The notes: a model not told the origin generated them from the letters alone. A DNA stretch of 64,000 bases from Candidatus Bathyarchaeota archaeon (GCA_963733055.1 CAVTBR010000001.1:544001-608000), one strand, 5' to 3'. Numbered from the stretch's first letter, positions 11,080-22,055 are shown. A program made the numbers and translations.

Positions 11080-11442
11080 TTATTCCTCGTTAGCCGCTAC
11101 GCCGGTCGCTGCGGCTTCCACGGGAGAATCCTCTCTTCGACGCCAAACCTTGACGGTAGGCGGCGTCATAACAATGCGTTCCTCGCCGAGCCTCGCGATG
11201 TCTCCTTGAATAGATTTCACGAAAGTGACAAGTTCACTGATTGCAGACTTGGTTTCTTCAACGCTCCGCTTGGCGATTGGGCTGATTTTAACGATCAATA
11301 TGTTTCCTTCAATAATCTCCGCCTTGATCCTCGGCACGTCGTTTGGGTCGCGCAGCGGAAACGCCTTGACGTAGATCGGACGTTGAATCGAAGGGTTAAC
11401 CAAGGGGAACCTTTCGTCGCCCGCATAATTAGAACCAATCAA
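11080..11442 (-). CDS. sepF: Archaeal SepF-family cell-division protein
   Basis: GNILIVKISP...ELVTFVKSIQGDIARLGEERIVMTP matches the archaeal SepF/DUF552 core. Confidence 0.75.
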   Translation of the reverse strand: MIGSNYAGDERFPLVNPSIQRPIYVKAFPLRDPNDVPRIKAEIIEGNILIVKISPIAKRSVEETKSAISELVTFVKSIQGDIARLGEERIVMTPPTVKVWRRREDSPVEAAATGVAANEE

Positions 11443-11646
11443 CTTTAGTACACCGGTTTCGACGTGGGTTTCTCTCTGGAATAGCAGTTTAAACGTTTGC
11501 GCCCAAAGAGGGGGATTCTAACATGCTCATGTTAAGACACATGAGCACCCCCATCGAGAAGTGTGCGGAGGTTGTCACGCACGCGCCTAGAAATTTAGAG
11601 CAATTTCAGAGAGGAATTAGGTCGATTTCTACTGGAAATCGAATAA

Positions 11647-12144
11647 TCAGCTTGGTTTGTTGTAGGAGGTCCAAAGCTCGTCACCGACGAAGTGAACGTT
11701 CTTGATCACCTTACCTTTACTCATCGACTTCATTTCCATCGACTCCACCTCAGCTAAGCCTAAAGCGAGTGGCTTACCGTATTTTTCATCGACGATTACC
11801 AGCAGGTCACCCTTGGCAAAATTGCTCGGTACATCACGGATTCCCGGACGCATAATGTCCGCACCGTTCGCGACATGAGCCACTGCACCCATATCGACAA
11901 CAACTCGCGGCAACGTCTGGACAAATTTATCGAACTTCAACGACGGCAGTAAGCCAATCTTTCTCCGCAAGATCAACGGCGAATTATCCGCAAAGTAGAC
12001 CATCTCTTCACCGACGGCGAGCTCATCAAAACTCTCCACTGACGCAAGCGATTCTTCAGTGCTAGGATATCGGCCAATGAACTCTCGAAAAAGCCCCTTG
12101 ACTTCTTTGTCTTTAAGACGGCGCATTGAAGGCATGATCTTCAA
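11647..12144 (-). CDS. PUA-domain RNA-binding protein (DUF1947 + PUA)
   Basis: VVVDMGAVAHVANGADIMRPGI...KGKVIKNVHFVGDELW. Confidence 0.88.
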   Translation of the reverse strand: MKIMPSMRRLKDKEVKGLFREFIGRYPSTEESLASVESFDELAVGEEMVYFADNSPLILRRKIGLLPSLKFDKFVQTLPRVVVDMGAVAHVANGADIMRPGIRDVPSNFAKGDLLVIVDEKYGKPLALGLAEVESMEMKSMSKGKVIKNVHFVGDELWTSYNKPS

Positions 12145-12281
12145 CTCTGAACTCGCTTTGCGAATATCATTCGAAAGCTCCTTCGAACCAAACTTCCTGC
12201 TAGATTATGTAGCCTAACCTTTAATTTGGAGCTTCCTCTTCTACGCAAACCTTACCGCCACAAATCAGGTCTGAAACAACA

Positions 12282-12512
12282 ATGTCTGCAGTCGCTGACA
12301 AGATCTTCCAAGAGAGCCTCAGCAAAATCGTTCTCGTGGAACTGAAAGGTAGCCGCACCATACGCGGGAAACTCTACAGCTACGACCAGCACATGAATTT
12401 GGTCCTCGAGGACGCGGAAGACGTGTCGAACCCGGAGAATACTCGGAACATTGGGACGATCATTGTCAGGGGCGACAACGTAGTTCTCGTCTCACCACCT
12501 CCGAAAAGGTAG
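12282..12512 (+). CDS. Lsm/SmAP1 RNA-binding protein
   Basis: Sm1 motif GKLYSYDQHMNLVLEDAE and Sm2 motif IIVRGDNVVLVSP. Upstream of rpl37e. Confidence 0.93.
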   Translation: MSAVADKIFQESLSKIVLVELKGSRTIRGKLYSYDQHMNLVLEDAEDVSNPENTRNIGTIIVRGDNVVLVSPPPKR

Positions 12513-12549
12513 TTTGGTCACTTAGCAGAATACGGGAAGTTGCGGAGCT

Positions 12550-12741
12550 TTGACGAAAGGAACGGCCTCATTTGGAAGACGAGGGCGTTCAAAGACTCAT
12601 ATCCGATGCAGACGATGCGGACGGCACTCTTACCATGTAAGGTGGAAACGTTGCTCGGCCTGCGGCTTTGGAGCATCCAAAAGACTGCGAGGCTACTCGT
12701 GGCAGACGCATACTCTCAACAGAGTTCGCAGAATAAGGTAG
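12550..12741 (+). CDS. rpl37e: 50S ribosomal protein L37e
   Basis: MTKGTASFG, THIRCRRCG, CSACGFG. Confidence 0.95.
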   Translation: MTKGTASFGRRGRSKTHIRCRRCGRHSYHVRWKRCSACGFGASKRLRGYSWQTHTLNRVRRIR

Positions 12742-12749
12742 CCCTATCC

Positions 12750-12910
12750 CTAGCCTACATTGTCCCCCCTAGTCCCAGTTGGGGGTGTGTGGCGAGAGTG
12801 AAAATCGCAATTTGTTCCCCCGGTAACAAACTTCCTACACACAGAACCTTGTTCCCCAGGAACAAGTCCTAAGCGTCCGACGGTTGGGTATGAGCGTCCC
12901 GTTAGGCTAG
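12750..12910. ncRNA. Candidate structured non-coding RNA (unidentified)
   Basis: Closing stem CTAGCCTA/TAGGCTAG encloses several perfect internal stems, including twin TTGTT-CC..GG-AACAA hairpins. No credible ORF. Confidence 0.45.
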
Positions 12911-12937
12911 ACTCGACCGAACCCCGATACTGACTGA

Positions 12938-13687
12938 CTAAGCGGTCGGTGCTGGTTGAACGGGCGCCACTGCTGGTTGCGTTGCTGCAGTAGGTGTCGC
13001 CGGAGGCTTCTTGAACGTTTCAAGGAACGTGACGGTTTCTATCTTCGGAAGGTACTTTTCCACGTCAGCGGTCAGTGTACGCTTGGCAACTTGCAAACCT
13101 TCTAGGAAGAACGCGTCTTCTGGAACTTCGACTTGGAGTTTTCCGTTCTCGATTTTAATCAAGAACTTCTGCTGCTCCACAGATGGGATGCGTTTGTGAA
13201 CTAGGTTGAGTACTTTCTCATCCTCTGCTTCAATGACCTTTTCCAGAGTTATATCGTATATCAGCGTCTTACCCGCAAATGGATGGTTGTAATCCACCTG
13301 AACGCGGCCGGCTCCCACGGAGCGAATTTGGGCTGTCTTGCCGTCCATGTTCACCTGCAGCCCCGGTACTGGAGTTATGCCTTCAGCTGCGAATTTTCGA
13401 AGCGGAACAAGTCGAACCTTTTTCGGATCACGAACGCCATATCCCTTGTCTGGGGGAAGTTCGATGGTGGTTGCCTTGCCGACTTCGAAATTCGTGAGCG
13501 CCTCGTCTAGTCCTTTCGGCACCCATCCTTCTCCAACTATGATGAAGAACGGTTCATAGTGTTCTTCGCCGTGATAGAGCTTCTTTTCTTTCGCCACGCT
13601 CTCGAGCGTGGTTCCAACTGTCTCTCCAGTCTCTTTCACCTTGAGCGTATAGTTGGCGAGTATGAAATCTCCACTCTTAACTGGCAA
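12938..13687 (-). CDS. FKBP-type peptidyl-prolyl isomerase (long archaeal SlyD type)
   Basis: GLDEAL, ELPPDKGYGVRD, VDYNHPFAGKTL, plus an archaeal C-terminal domain. Confidence 0.9.
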   Translation of the reverse strand: MPVKSGDFILANYTLKVKETGETVGTTLESVAKEKKLYHGEEHYEPFFIIVGEGWVPKGLDEALTNFEVGKATTIELPPDKGYGVRDPKKVRLVPLRKFAAEGITPVPGLQVNMDGKTAQIRSVGAGRVQVDYNHPFAGKTLIYDITLEKVIEAEDEKVLNLVHKRIPSVEQQKFLIKIENGKLQVEVPEDAFFLEGLQVAKRTLTADVEKYLPKIETVTFLETFKKPPATPTAATQPAVAPVQPAPTA

Positions 13688-13746
13688 TCAAATTCACCTG
13701 GAATCATGAAGGTGAAGCTAAGATTTGCACGCTCTACATTAATCTT

Positions 13747-16165
13747 TCAGAGGTGGACTATTTTGAAAACATAGTACTTCGGAAAATCGACGGCGAAGAT
13801 GAACACCGCAGAGAAAACCAGCGCTACCAGTACTTGGCTCAATGTTAGTGATGGGATGATGATTCCGTAAATGCCGAGTAGAAAGAAGACCACGATCGTA
13901 GCCAGATTAGCAATGAGTAGTTCCGTGCCTGGTCTGGAAGACCAGAAATGCCGTCTCTCTCTCACGCTAAGGACCCTGAATTGACTTGTGAATACGAGGG
14001 TCAAGAGTACGAATGTCTGGAGCCGCGCCATATTCATCCTATAGTAAAAGACGCCGAGGTACAATACGACTGCTCCCTCAATTACCAAGAGCAAGCCTAC
14101 CGCGAGTGACGCAGCCGTGATATTTTTCACATTCCAGATATTCGGGTTGGACGTGCTTTCCACGTTATCTTTTGCGAGCGACATGGTTGCGAAATCATTC
14201 GCAAAGATGAGCAGGACCATGCCAAGCACGGAGAGAACGACCTGATTTAACCAGAAGAAACCCACGACGAGTACGCCGATGAACTGTATTACTTTCGTTA
14301 CCTTGTTTATGACCCACGTCAACATGCGCTGGTAGATTTGCCTACTCGTGTCTACTGCATCCAGGATGACTCTAATGCCAGCCTCGGTGAGCACGATGCT
14401 TGCGGAAGCTTTCGCAACGTCAGTAGCGTTGTTAACCGCTATTCCGACCTCCGCTTGCTTGAGGGCTGGCGAATCGTTAACGCCGTCGCCGGTCATACCA
14501 ACCAAATGGCCTTTTGATTGAAGCAGCTTCACTACCTTGTACTTGTCTTCGGGATAGATTTCCGCCAACCCATCGTATTCTTCCAGGACCCGCGCTTGAT
14601 CGCTCATCGATAGTTTCTCAAGTTCTGAAATTGAACGAATTCTGTCCCCAATCCCAACTTGCCGTGCTATCTCTTTCGCTATTGCGGCGTTGTCCCCGGT
14701 TAGCATTTTAGGGGTTATCCCGATTCGTCGTAAGCCTTCAATCGTCTGCTGCGCAGTCGGGCCGCGGCGGGTCGGCGATGGGCAGCAACCCTACGAATCG
14801 AAGACTTTTCGGGTCAGAATCTTCCGATTTGGCAACGACGAGTGTTCTATATCCTTTCTGCCATAATTCTTCCAGAGCCCGATCAACTTCTTTTCTAATG
14901 GTTTGATTGAGTTGTTGGCAAAGCGGGAGCACGATTTGCGGTGCGCCTTTCATAACGGTAAATCGATTTCCATTCTGTTCGACGACCGCCTCAGACCTCT
15001 TTGTCATCGGGTCGAAGGGAACAAATGAAATCTGCTTGTATTGAGCGAGATTCGTCCGCATTGTTTTCGCGAAATCGATGACCGCCTGATCGATCGGGTC
15101 CCCTATCTCTTCCTTCGAAGCCAAGCTCGCGGTGGTTATGACGTCTTCCTGAGTGAATCCATTGAATGGAAGGGGGTCGGTAGCTGATAGCTTGTTTTGG
15201 GTTATCGTCCCTGTCTTGTCCAGGCAGAGTAAATCCATTGATGCCGCGTCTTCGATCGAATCTAACCGTGTGACTAAGGCACCTCCTTTTGCGAGTTGCA
15301 TTGCCCCCACGGCGAGTACAATTGCGAAGACCGCTGGGAGAGCAACGGGAACTGCTCCCATCAGGAAAATGAGTGCGAATCTTACGATGTTGAGTGGATC
15401 TAAGGCTTGAGTAAGTGTGGCCTCTACAAGCACGAGTGCTAGAGCTGCGATAGCGACGTACATAGAATACTTGATGATTGCTGACATGATCTGCTGTTGA
15501 TGAGACGTCGGCTTCGCGATTCGCACGAGTTCAGCAGTTTTACCGAAGAAAGTGTTCGGTCCAGTATTGAACACCAGGGCCTTAGCTTCCCCTCGCTTCA
15601 CAATTGAACTCGAATACACAACGGCCACTTGGCCGACGCTTACCGGAAGCGATTCACCCGTCAAGGCGGACTGATCGACGGATAATCCTCCGTCAACAAT
15701 CTTGACATCAGCTGGAACAAGGTCTCCCAAACCAAGCTGCACGATATCCCCGGGCACAAGTTCCTTTGCATCCATGATCGTCCACTTGCCTTCTCTCAGG
15801 GCCTTGGCTTTGGGTGCGAGGCGTTTCTTCAAGAATTCCAACGCCTTCTGAGAACTTCGAGAATGATGGTAACCGATGATGACGTTGATTGTCAAAAGGC
15901 TGAAGATTATACCAACTTCCAAGTAGTCGCCTATCAGATATGAGAGAAGGATTGTCAGTTCTAAGAGCCAAGGCATCGGCCCCCAGTACCGTGATAGGAA
16001 TTCAACTACCGGACTACGCTTTTTCTCGGCGACTTCATTGAAACCGAACCTTTGGATTCGTAGTTCTGCTTCAGAATTGGCAAGGCCATTGATTGAAGAC
16101 TTCAACTGGGCGAACGTTTCATCAACGCCCAGGTGGGCGTAGTCAGGCGTGTTCGTGCTTTGCAT
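13747..16165 (-). CDS. P-type IIIA plasma-membrane proton-efflux ATPase (one extra base near 14750)
   Basis: ALTGESLP, VPVALP, DKTGT, KGAP, DPPRPD, MLTGD, TGDGVNDSPALK, LIFANDF. Removing one base joins the two ORFs via QTIEGLRRIGITPK. Confidence 0.88.
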
Positions 16166-16217
16166 CGCGTTCGACCAATATTACTCTCGGACCGCCGAAT
16201 CTCTCCCTCAGCCTGAA

Positions 16218-16583
16218 TCATGAAGTCAAGAGGAGATACCCGACGATCAGAATCGCGAATGTGAAAATGGCGACGCTGAATATCATTTCAACGACCGCAG
16301 TTGGCTCATACATGCCAATTCGAATTCTTTCCTGATTCTTCACGAATCTCTTCAAAGCCAGAAGCTCCATAAACCCTCCAACCAGAACCAAAGCTACTCC
16401 AAGAATTGATGAGAAGTGAATCGACGGTACCGACGAGGCGAGAGGGCTGATTTCCCTAAGGAACAGGCCAAACCTCGCAACAACAAAACCCAATGCGATG
16501 ATAGCAATTCCAGTCCTAACCCACGCAAGATACGTTCTTTCATTAGCTAAGTGATCTGACACCTTAGCTCCATCAGCAGTCAA
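16218..16583 (-). CDS. YidH/DUF202 membrane protein
   Basis: DHLANERTYLAWVRT and three TM segments. Confidence 0.85.
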   Translation of the reverse strand: MTADGAKVSDHLANERTYLAWVRTGIAIIALGFVVARFGLFLREISPLASSVPSIHFSSILGVALVLVGGFMELLALKRFVKNQERIRIGMYEPTAVVEMIFSVAIFTFAILIVGYLLLTS

Positions 16584-16745
16584 ATGTGATCAACCAAGAT
16601 TATCGATAGCTGAATTTAACTGCCGAGGAAGATGAGCGGTCTGCATTACATTTCTGACTGTTTCGTTTGTGCTTCTCCGCTCTTGAGTTTTCGACTCCAA
16701 TCTTTTATCTTCGAGTTGAAAGACCTCAACACGTGGTGTGGTTCG

Positions 16746-17816
16746 GTGAAGCTCTTCACTGTTGGGCCGGTGGCCTGCTATCCTGAAGTGCTTGAAGCTA
16801 TGGGGCGGCAGATGGTAAGCCATCGTAGTAAAGAGTACCTCGCCCTCCATTACGAGACAGTTCGACTTCTACAGGATTTCATTTCAACGAAGAACGAGAT
16901 CTTCCTCTTCAGCAGCACTGGGACAGGTTTCATGGAGGCATCGGTAAGGAACTGTGTCAGGAAGAAGATGCTGTGCTGCATAAACGGCAGTTTCGGAGAA
17001 CGCTTCGCCGAAGTCGCAGAATCAAATGCAGTAGCGCTCGTGAAGCTAGCCCCACCCCTCGGCCAACCTATCTCAGTTGGGGAGTTGGATGAGGTCTTGA
17101 AGAAGAACCCTGATGTTGAAGCTGTAGCCCTCACTCACAATGAGACGAGCGTCGGTCTCATCAATCCACTAAAAGAACTCGCCGCCATCGTCAAGAAACA
17201 CGGAAAACTCCTGTTCGTGGACGCGGTCAGTTCAATGGGCGGCACCGACTTCAACGTAGATGAATTAGGAATCGATGTTTGCTTCTCAAGCTCACAGAAA
17301 TGCTTCGGCGTCCCCCCAGGTCTGGGGATGGGCAGCGTAAGCGAACAGGCGCTGGACCTCTCCGCCTCCGCCACGAACAAGGGATGGTATTTTGACTTCA
17401 AAGTTTGGGAGGAAGACCAGAAGAAAGGTCACGGGACACCGGTTACGTCAGTGATTCCGCAGGTCGCGGGCCTCAATACTGCTTTGAAAATGATCCAAAA
17501 GAAGGGCGGAAAGCAATGGTACTTCGACCTCTACAAACAACGAAACCTAAGGATTAGACAAGGTATCGAAAAAATCGGCCTGTCAACATTCCCGAAGAAA
17601 GGTTCCGAGAGCCCAACTGTGAATTGCATCAACGCACCCGCAGGACTCGAAGGCGGACTCATCTACGAAAAGATGCGTCAAAATGGATTCGAATTAGCGG
17701 AAGGTTACGGACCACTAAAGAAGAAAACCTTCAGAATCGGGAATATGGGTTACATAGAAATGAGCGACATTGATCTAATGCTGAAAACACTCAACGACGT
17801 TGTATCGTCAAAATGA
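16746..17816 (+). CDS. Class V PLP aminotransferase (serine-pyruvate/alanine-glyoxylate or archaeal phosphoserine aminotransferase type)
   Basis: LFTVGP, HNETSVG, VDAVSS, SSQK (PLP Lys), FRIGNMG. Start placed at GTG 16746. Confidence 0.85.
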   Translation: MKLFTVGPVACYPEVLEAMGRQMVSHRSKEYLALHYETVRLLQDFISTKNEIFLFSSTGTGFMEASVRNCVRKKMLCCINGSFGERFAEVAESNAVALVKLAPPLGQPISVGELDEVLKKNPDVEAVALTHNETSVGLINPLKELAAIVKKHGKLLFVDAVSSMGGTDFNVDELGIDVCFSSSQKCFGVPPGLGMGSVSEQALDLSASATNKGWYFDFKVWEEDQKKGHGTPVTSVIPQVAGLNTALKMIQKKGGKQWYFDLYKQRNLRIRQGIEKIGLSTFPKKGSESPTVNCINAPAGLEGGLIYEKMRQNGFELAEGYGPLKKKTFRIGNMGYIEMSDIDLMLKTLNDVVSSK

Positions 17817-17917
17817 AAGTGCTCCTAACCTGAATCGAGAACCTAACCGCGTTTTATGTTGAAAAATAAGAGTCCTTTTCTGCAAGGCCTCGCCTCTTGA
17901 TGAACGCGCAATAAACA

Positions 17918-19162
17918 ATGTCAATTAGACTCGGCAAAATCATGGGGATACCGGTGCGTATCCACTACACTCTCTGGGTCGTTTTCCTTCTCATAGCGTG
18001 GTCCCTTGCATACGGCTACATGCCCCATCAATATCCCGGTCTCAGCGAATTGACCTACTGGACAATTGGCATCGCGTCGGCCATCGTCTTGTTCGTTTCC
18101 GTTTTGGTCCATGAGCTTTCGCACTCGTATATTGCAAAGAAGAACGGGCTGCCCATCGCTAGAATAACACTATTCTTCTTTGGAGGGGTTTCTGAGATGA
18201 CAGAGGAACCCAAGGATCCTGGGCTTGAGGTTCGCATGGCGGCTGCCGGGCCCTTGATGAGTTTCCTCATCGCTGGTGTTCTCGGTGCGGTTTGGTATTT
18301 GGGCCAAATGACTCATCTTCCCATTGTCATAACGGCCACGGTTGGATATGGCGCTTTGATCAACGCGGTACTGGGCGCGTTCAACCTGTTACCCGCCTTC
18401 CCGCTTGACGGAGGACGCATCTTCCGCGGGAGCCTCTGGAAACACTCGAACAACCTGATCAGTGCAACACGGACAGCGACGCGAGTAAGCGAAGCACTTT
18501 CGCTGCTCATGATGCTTGGTGGTTTCGTGGCGATAATTGTTGGGGATTTCGTTGACGGAATCTGGATTGTAGTTTTGGGTTGGTTCATCAGGTCTGGGGC
18601 GGAGACCAGTCTTAGGCAGACGCTTGTCGGTGAAACGCTCACCGGAGTAACTCTAGGGAACATAATGACAAAGAATGTCTTCACGGTGCCGCCGAACATT
18701 ACGGTTCAGCAAGTGGTTTCCGACTATTTCCTAGTTCACCCCCACGGTGGCTACCCCGTCGTTAGCGATGGACGGCTACTGGGCTTGATTACGTTGCAGA
18801 GCGTGCGCGCAGTTCCGAAAGAAGTGAGAGGCTCTCAGACCGTTGCGCAGGCTATGATACCCATCGAACGCACCGTGACCGCTCCACCTAACCTATCAGC
18901 TTTGGATGCAATACAGAAGATGGCACGGGAGAAGGTTGGTAGGCTTCTAGTTACAGAGAACGGACAGTTACTGGGCATAGTGACCCGAGGAGACCTAATG
19001 AAAACCATTCAGACCCGCCAAGAGCTCGAAAGATCAGAATGGAAACCACCCGTTCCACCTGCGGCGGATGCACCGAAACCACGTTACTGTATTCAATGCG
19101 GCGCATCACTTCCTAGTGGGACGAGCATCTGCCCTCACTGCAACGCCACCCAACCCCAATGA
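17918..19162 (+). CDS. Site-2 (M50) intramembrane metalloprotease with CBS pair and C-terminal double zinc ribbon
   Basis: HELSH, NLLPAFPLDGG, two CBS domains, CIQCG...CPHC. Confidence 0.9.
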   Translation: MSIRLGKIMGIPVRIHYTLWVVFLLIAWSLAYGYMPHQYPGLSELTYWTIGIASAIVLFVSVLVHELSHSYIAKKNGLPIARITLFFFGGVSEMTEEPKDPGLEVRMAAAGPLMSFLIAGVLGAVWYLGQMTHLPIVITATVGYGALINAVLGAFNLLPAFPLDGGRIFRGSLWKHSNNLISATRTATRVSEALSLLMMLGGFVAIIVGDFVDGIWIVVLGWFIRSGAETSLRQTLVGETLTGVTLGNIMTKNVFTVPPNITVQQVVSDYFLVHPHGGYPVVSDGRLLGLITLQSVRAVPKEVRGSQTVAQAMIPIERTVTAPPNLSALDAIQKMAREKVGRLLVTENGQLLGIVTRGDLMKTIQTRQELERSEWKPPVPPAADAPKPRYCIQCGASLPSGTSICPHCNATQPQ

Positions 19163-19186
19163 CCTTTCCATAAACACGAATCGAGG

Positions 19187-19666
19187 CTAGTGCGGTTTGC
19201 CGGCCTTCTGAAGTCTCTCCTTGTGTCTCTCTTCACCCTCGTTCCATCTCCTTTTCTCCTCCTCAGTTTCCGGTACCAGTGCGGGGAGGACCATTGGTTT
19301 GCCGTCTTTCCCGAGACCGACGTAGGTCAGGAAACATGTGCCGGCGTGCCTCACCTCGGCAGTGAGCGGGTTTTCAGCCTCTACCCGAACTCCTAGCTCC
19401 ATTGAGGTTTTGTGAACGTAGTTGACTGAGGATTCGAAGCGAAGCATATCTCCGATGTAGGCGGGAGCTAGGAAGTCCATTCGATCTATCGAGGCGGTTA
19501 CGAGGTTACAGCGGGCGTGTTTAATTGCGGATAACCACGCGGTCTCCTCAATCAGACTGAGAATTCTTCCGCCAAACACGTTACCCATCGTGTTAGCATC
19601 CATCGGTAACATAATCCTCGTCACACTAACATACGAATCCCGCGGCGACTTACTCTGTTGACTCAT
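19187..19666 (-). CDS. Acyl-CoA thioesterase (hotdog fold)
   Basis: PMDANTMGNVFGG, VTASIDRMDFLAP, TSMELGVRV. Confidence 0.88.
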   Translation of the reverse strand: MSQQSKSPRDSYVSVTRIMLPMDANTMGNVFGGRILSLIEETAWLSAIKHARCNLVTASIDRMDFLAPAYIGDMLRFESSVNYVHKTSMELGVRVEAENPLTAEVRHAGTCFLTYVGLGKDGKPMVLPALVPETEEEKRRWNEGEERHKERLQKAGKPH

Positions 19667-19842
19667 AGCAACTCAACGAACATTACGGCCAGTTGAGCTG
19701 TAAGCCTTTGCGTCCCAGAGCACCTCTACCTTCCGACCCTGCACTGTCTTGGCGTTGACTTGAATCCTCTCTAAAGACACAAAGACGAGAAGATTGAAAG
19801 AGCTCGGACGAACCGAATTAGAGAGGTCAGGCAGTTTCCCCC

Positions 19843-21987
19843 ATGTCCCAAGAGAATTCTCGTGATTCACCAACGGAACTGATGCAGGTTAGAGGAAGGC
19901 CACGCCATCCAATTACCACCCTGAATTCTCTGATCCATTACCTCTGCGTCCTGATTCTGATCGCGATCTTGGTGAACCAAGCTCTTGTTGCCCCCGCTCT
20001 ATCAACTCAATCATCTGAATCAGAGACACGGTACGTGAAGCTCGGATTGGAAGCCGCCGACTGGATCGCGTCGTTTCAGATCACACCACTCAACGATTCT
20101 TGGGGAATACCATACAGAAACGAAAGCGCGTGGGGCCTGGACCCGTACTTCTTTGAGAACGGAACCATAACTGCTGGAGTCGGGAACATCGCAGGTGGAG
20201 AACGCCAAAAGTTAGCGTACCTAATCGGAGGGCATGACGCTGGCGAGGGAGCCAACGCCGCACTCGACGCTTACCTAGAAACAGGGAATCCGAAGTACTT
20301 GGAAATCTTCAACGTTTACTACGGTTACTTTCTAGGCTCCCAAATACCCGGGCCCAGGACCACAACCCCAGCTCGCGCCCTACTCGGCACTGGGAAGAAC
20401 ATCACAGTGAATAATTCTGGATTCTGGGCCGAGCAGGCGAGCGTCACCCCTGGGGTTAACGGCAATTACGGAAGTCAAACCGATGAGACAAAATTGCAAG
20501 CAATCTATCCCGCCGCTGAACACGGAAACCCGATCGCCATAACTCTCATTGCATATTACCGTTTCACGCACGACCAAACCGCGCTCACCATGCTCAACCG
20601 GTACGGGAGTTGGCTGGTAGGAACACAGATTCACAACGGAGCGTACGCCGGCGCTTTTCCTGTTACTCAATATTATTGGGCGGTAGGTTGGAAACCGAGA
20701 ATGTACGAAACAACTGAATCAGCCTGGGTTCTCGCGGAACTGTATCTGCTAACTGGAAACCAGACCTATCTCAACTCAGCTCAAGCTGCTGGTCAGTACA
20801 TGTTGTCAAGACAATTCATCGGCCCAGAGTGGGGGAATACACCGGTTTATGGTGCACTCCCGTACGAGTGGAATGAAACACATTACTCCAACTCTGTTTC
20901 CACGAACCACGCCGGCTTCACGATACTAGCCTGGACCCAGCTCTACCGCATTACTGGAGACTCAAGATACTTGGAAGCTGCTGAGAAATATGCTGATTGG
21001 CTTCTGAGTTTTCAGGTTACAGACACCAACACAATCTGGGGCAACCACACATTTGCAAATGATAGTATGGCAGTGGGCGGCTTCTTTTATGGGTACCAAA
21101 CGGCGAAACATCAGTTTGGCTGGCGAGTCGCCGAATCGTTATGGAGTGCGGGGTACGCGATACCGGCACTGCTAATGCTCTCAAGAATCGCGTCCAACAA
21201 TAGTTATGCAGGTTCAGCTTTGCTCGCGGCTGACTGGCTGTACCGAATGAGATACCCCGACAGCACCCTCATTCCGCTTCAAGCCTTAGCGATCATCAAG
21301 TATCCCCTCTCAAGCTGGTGGGGCCTCTACCCGCAATACTACCAACCAGATATGCGCGAGGTTGAGAAGGCGGGGATCGTATCCTTCGTCAACCAAGGCA
21401 AAATGAACCAGTCCTCAATTCGAGACCATCAACTCACATGGTTCGAAAAAACCTTCAACGTAGACTTCAACCAGATTGATTATGAAATGGCGAACCGCGG
21501 CCCGACAGCCATGAAGATGGCGTGGAGCTGGTGGCCAAACATAGGCTTCGAACCAAGGTACGGCGGCGACATAGCATTCGGAGCCTTCGCCATAGACAGC
21601 TATCTAACGTTCAACTCTACGTCTAATGAAACGGCGCGGATCCTTGAGCAAGTAGGCCAGCTGACCGGAAACGACACAACCACCTTCCCCCAGAATATCA
21701 CATATTCGTATAACCAAGCTACGGAACTCGCGACCCTCGCTCAAGAAAGCTTCAACCTTGGCTGGTACACGGTAGCGAAAGGACAGATCGACAACGCCCT
21801 ATCTTATGCCAACTCGGCTCTTAGTCAACTTCAACCACTCATACCCCTCAGACAGAACATCACAACGCTTCTGACCGTGCTTGCAGTCGCTGTGCTCGTT
21901 ATTCTGATCTCAAACCTGTATTGGCACAGGCGACTAACAAGAACGACCAAGCACAGACGCATCCGTCCCAAACAAAGACGCAAGTGA
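19843..21987 (+). CDS. Secreted, membrane-anchored (alpha/alpha)6-barrel protein (six-hairpin glycosidase/epimerase-like)
   Basis: N-terminal hydrophobic signal. Repeated helix-hairpin motifs (YLETGNPKYL, LYLLTGNQTYL, LYRITGDSRYLEAA...WLL). C-terminal TM and basic tail. Start is uncertain. Confidence 0.6.
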   Translation: MSQENSRDSPTELMQVRGRPRHPITTLNSLIHYLCVLILIAILVNQALVAPALSTQSSESETRYVKLGLEAADWIASFQITPLNDSWGIPYRNESAWGLDPYFFENGTITAGVGNIAGGERQKLAYLIGGHDAGEGANAALDAYLETGNPKYLEIFNVYYGYFLGSQIPGPRTTTPARALLGTGKNITVNNSGFWAEQASVTPGVNGNYGSQTDETKLQAIYPAAEHGNPIAITLIAYYRFTHDQTALTMLNRYGSWLVGTQIHNGAYAGAFPVTQYYWAVGWKPRMYETTESAWVLAELYLLTGNQTYLNSAQAAGQYMLSRQFIGPEWGNTPVYGALPYEWNETHYSNSVSTNHAGFTILAWTQLYRITGDSRYLEAAEKYADWLLSFQVTDTNTIWGNHTFANDSMAVGGFFYGYQTAKHQFGWRVAESLWSAGYAIPALLMLSRIASNNSYAGSALLAADWLYRMRYPDSTLIPLQALAIIKYPLSSWWGLYPQYYQPDMREVEKAGIVSFVNQGKMNQSSIRDHQLTWFEKTFNVDFNQIDYEMANRGPTAMKMAWSWWPNIGFEPRYGGDIAFGAFAIDSYLTFNSTSNETARILEQVGQLTGNDTTTFPQNITYSYNQATELATLAQESFNLGWYTVAKGQIDNALSYANSALSQLQPLIPLRQNITTLLTVLAVAVLVILISNLYWHRRLTRTTKHRRIRPKQRRK

Positions 21988-22055
21988 CACAAGCCGCTAG
22001 GCGTGGGCCAAAGTCTTTTCAACTCGAAACATAATTGAACTCTCCAGATTGGTCT

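Noticed and set aside
12750-12910. RNase P RNA or SRP RNA identity for the structured element
   Set aside because: Only fragments resemble RNase P motifs, and the P4 pseudoknot and SRP helix 8 consensus could not be assembled. It is kept as an unidentified candidate.
16632-16745. N-terminal extension of the aminotransferase
   Set aside because: The family motif starts at GTG 16746. The upstream part looks like promoter or intergenic sequence.
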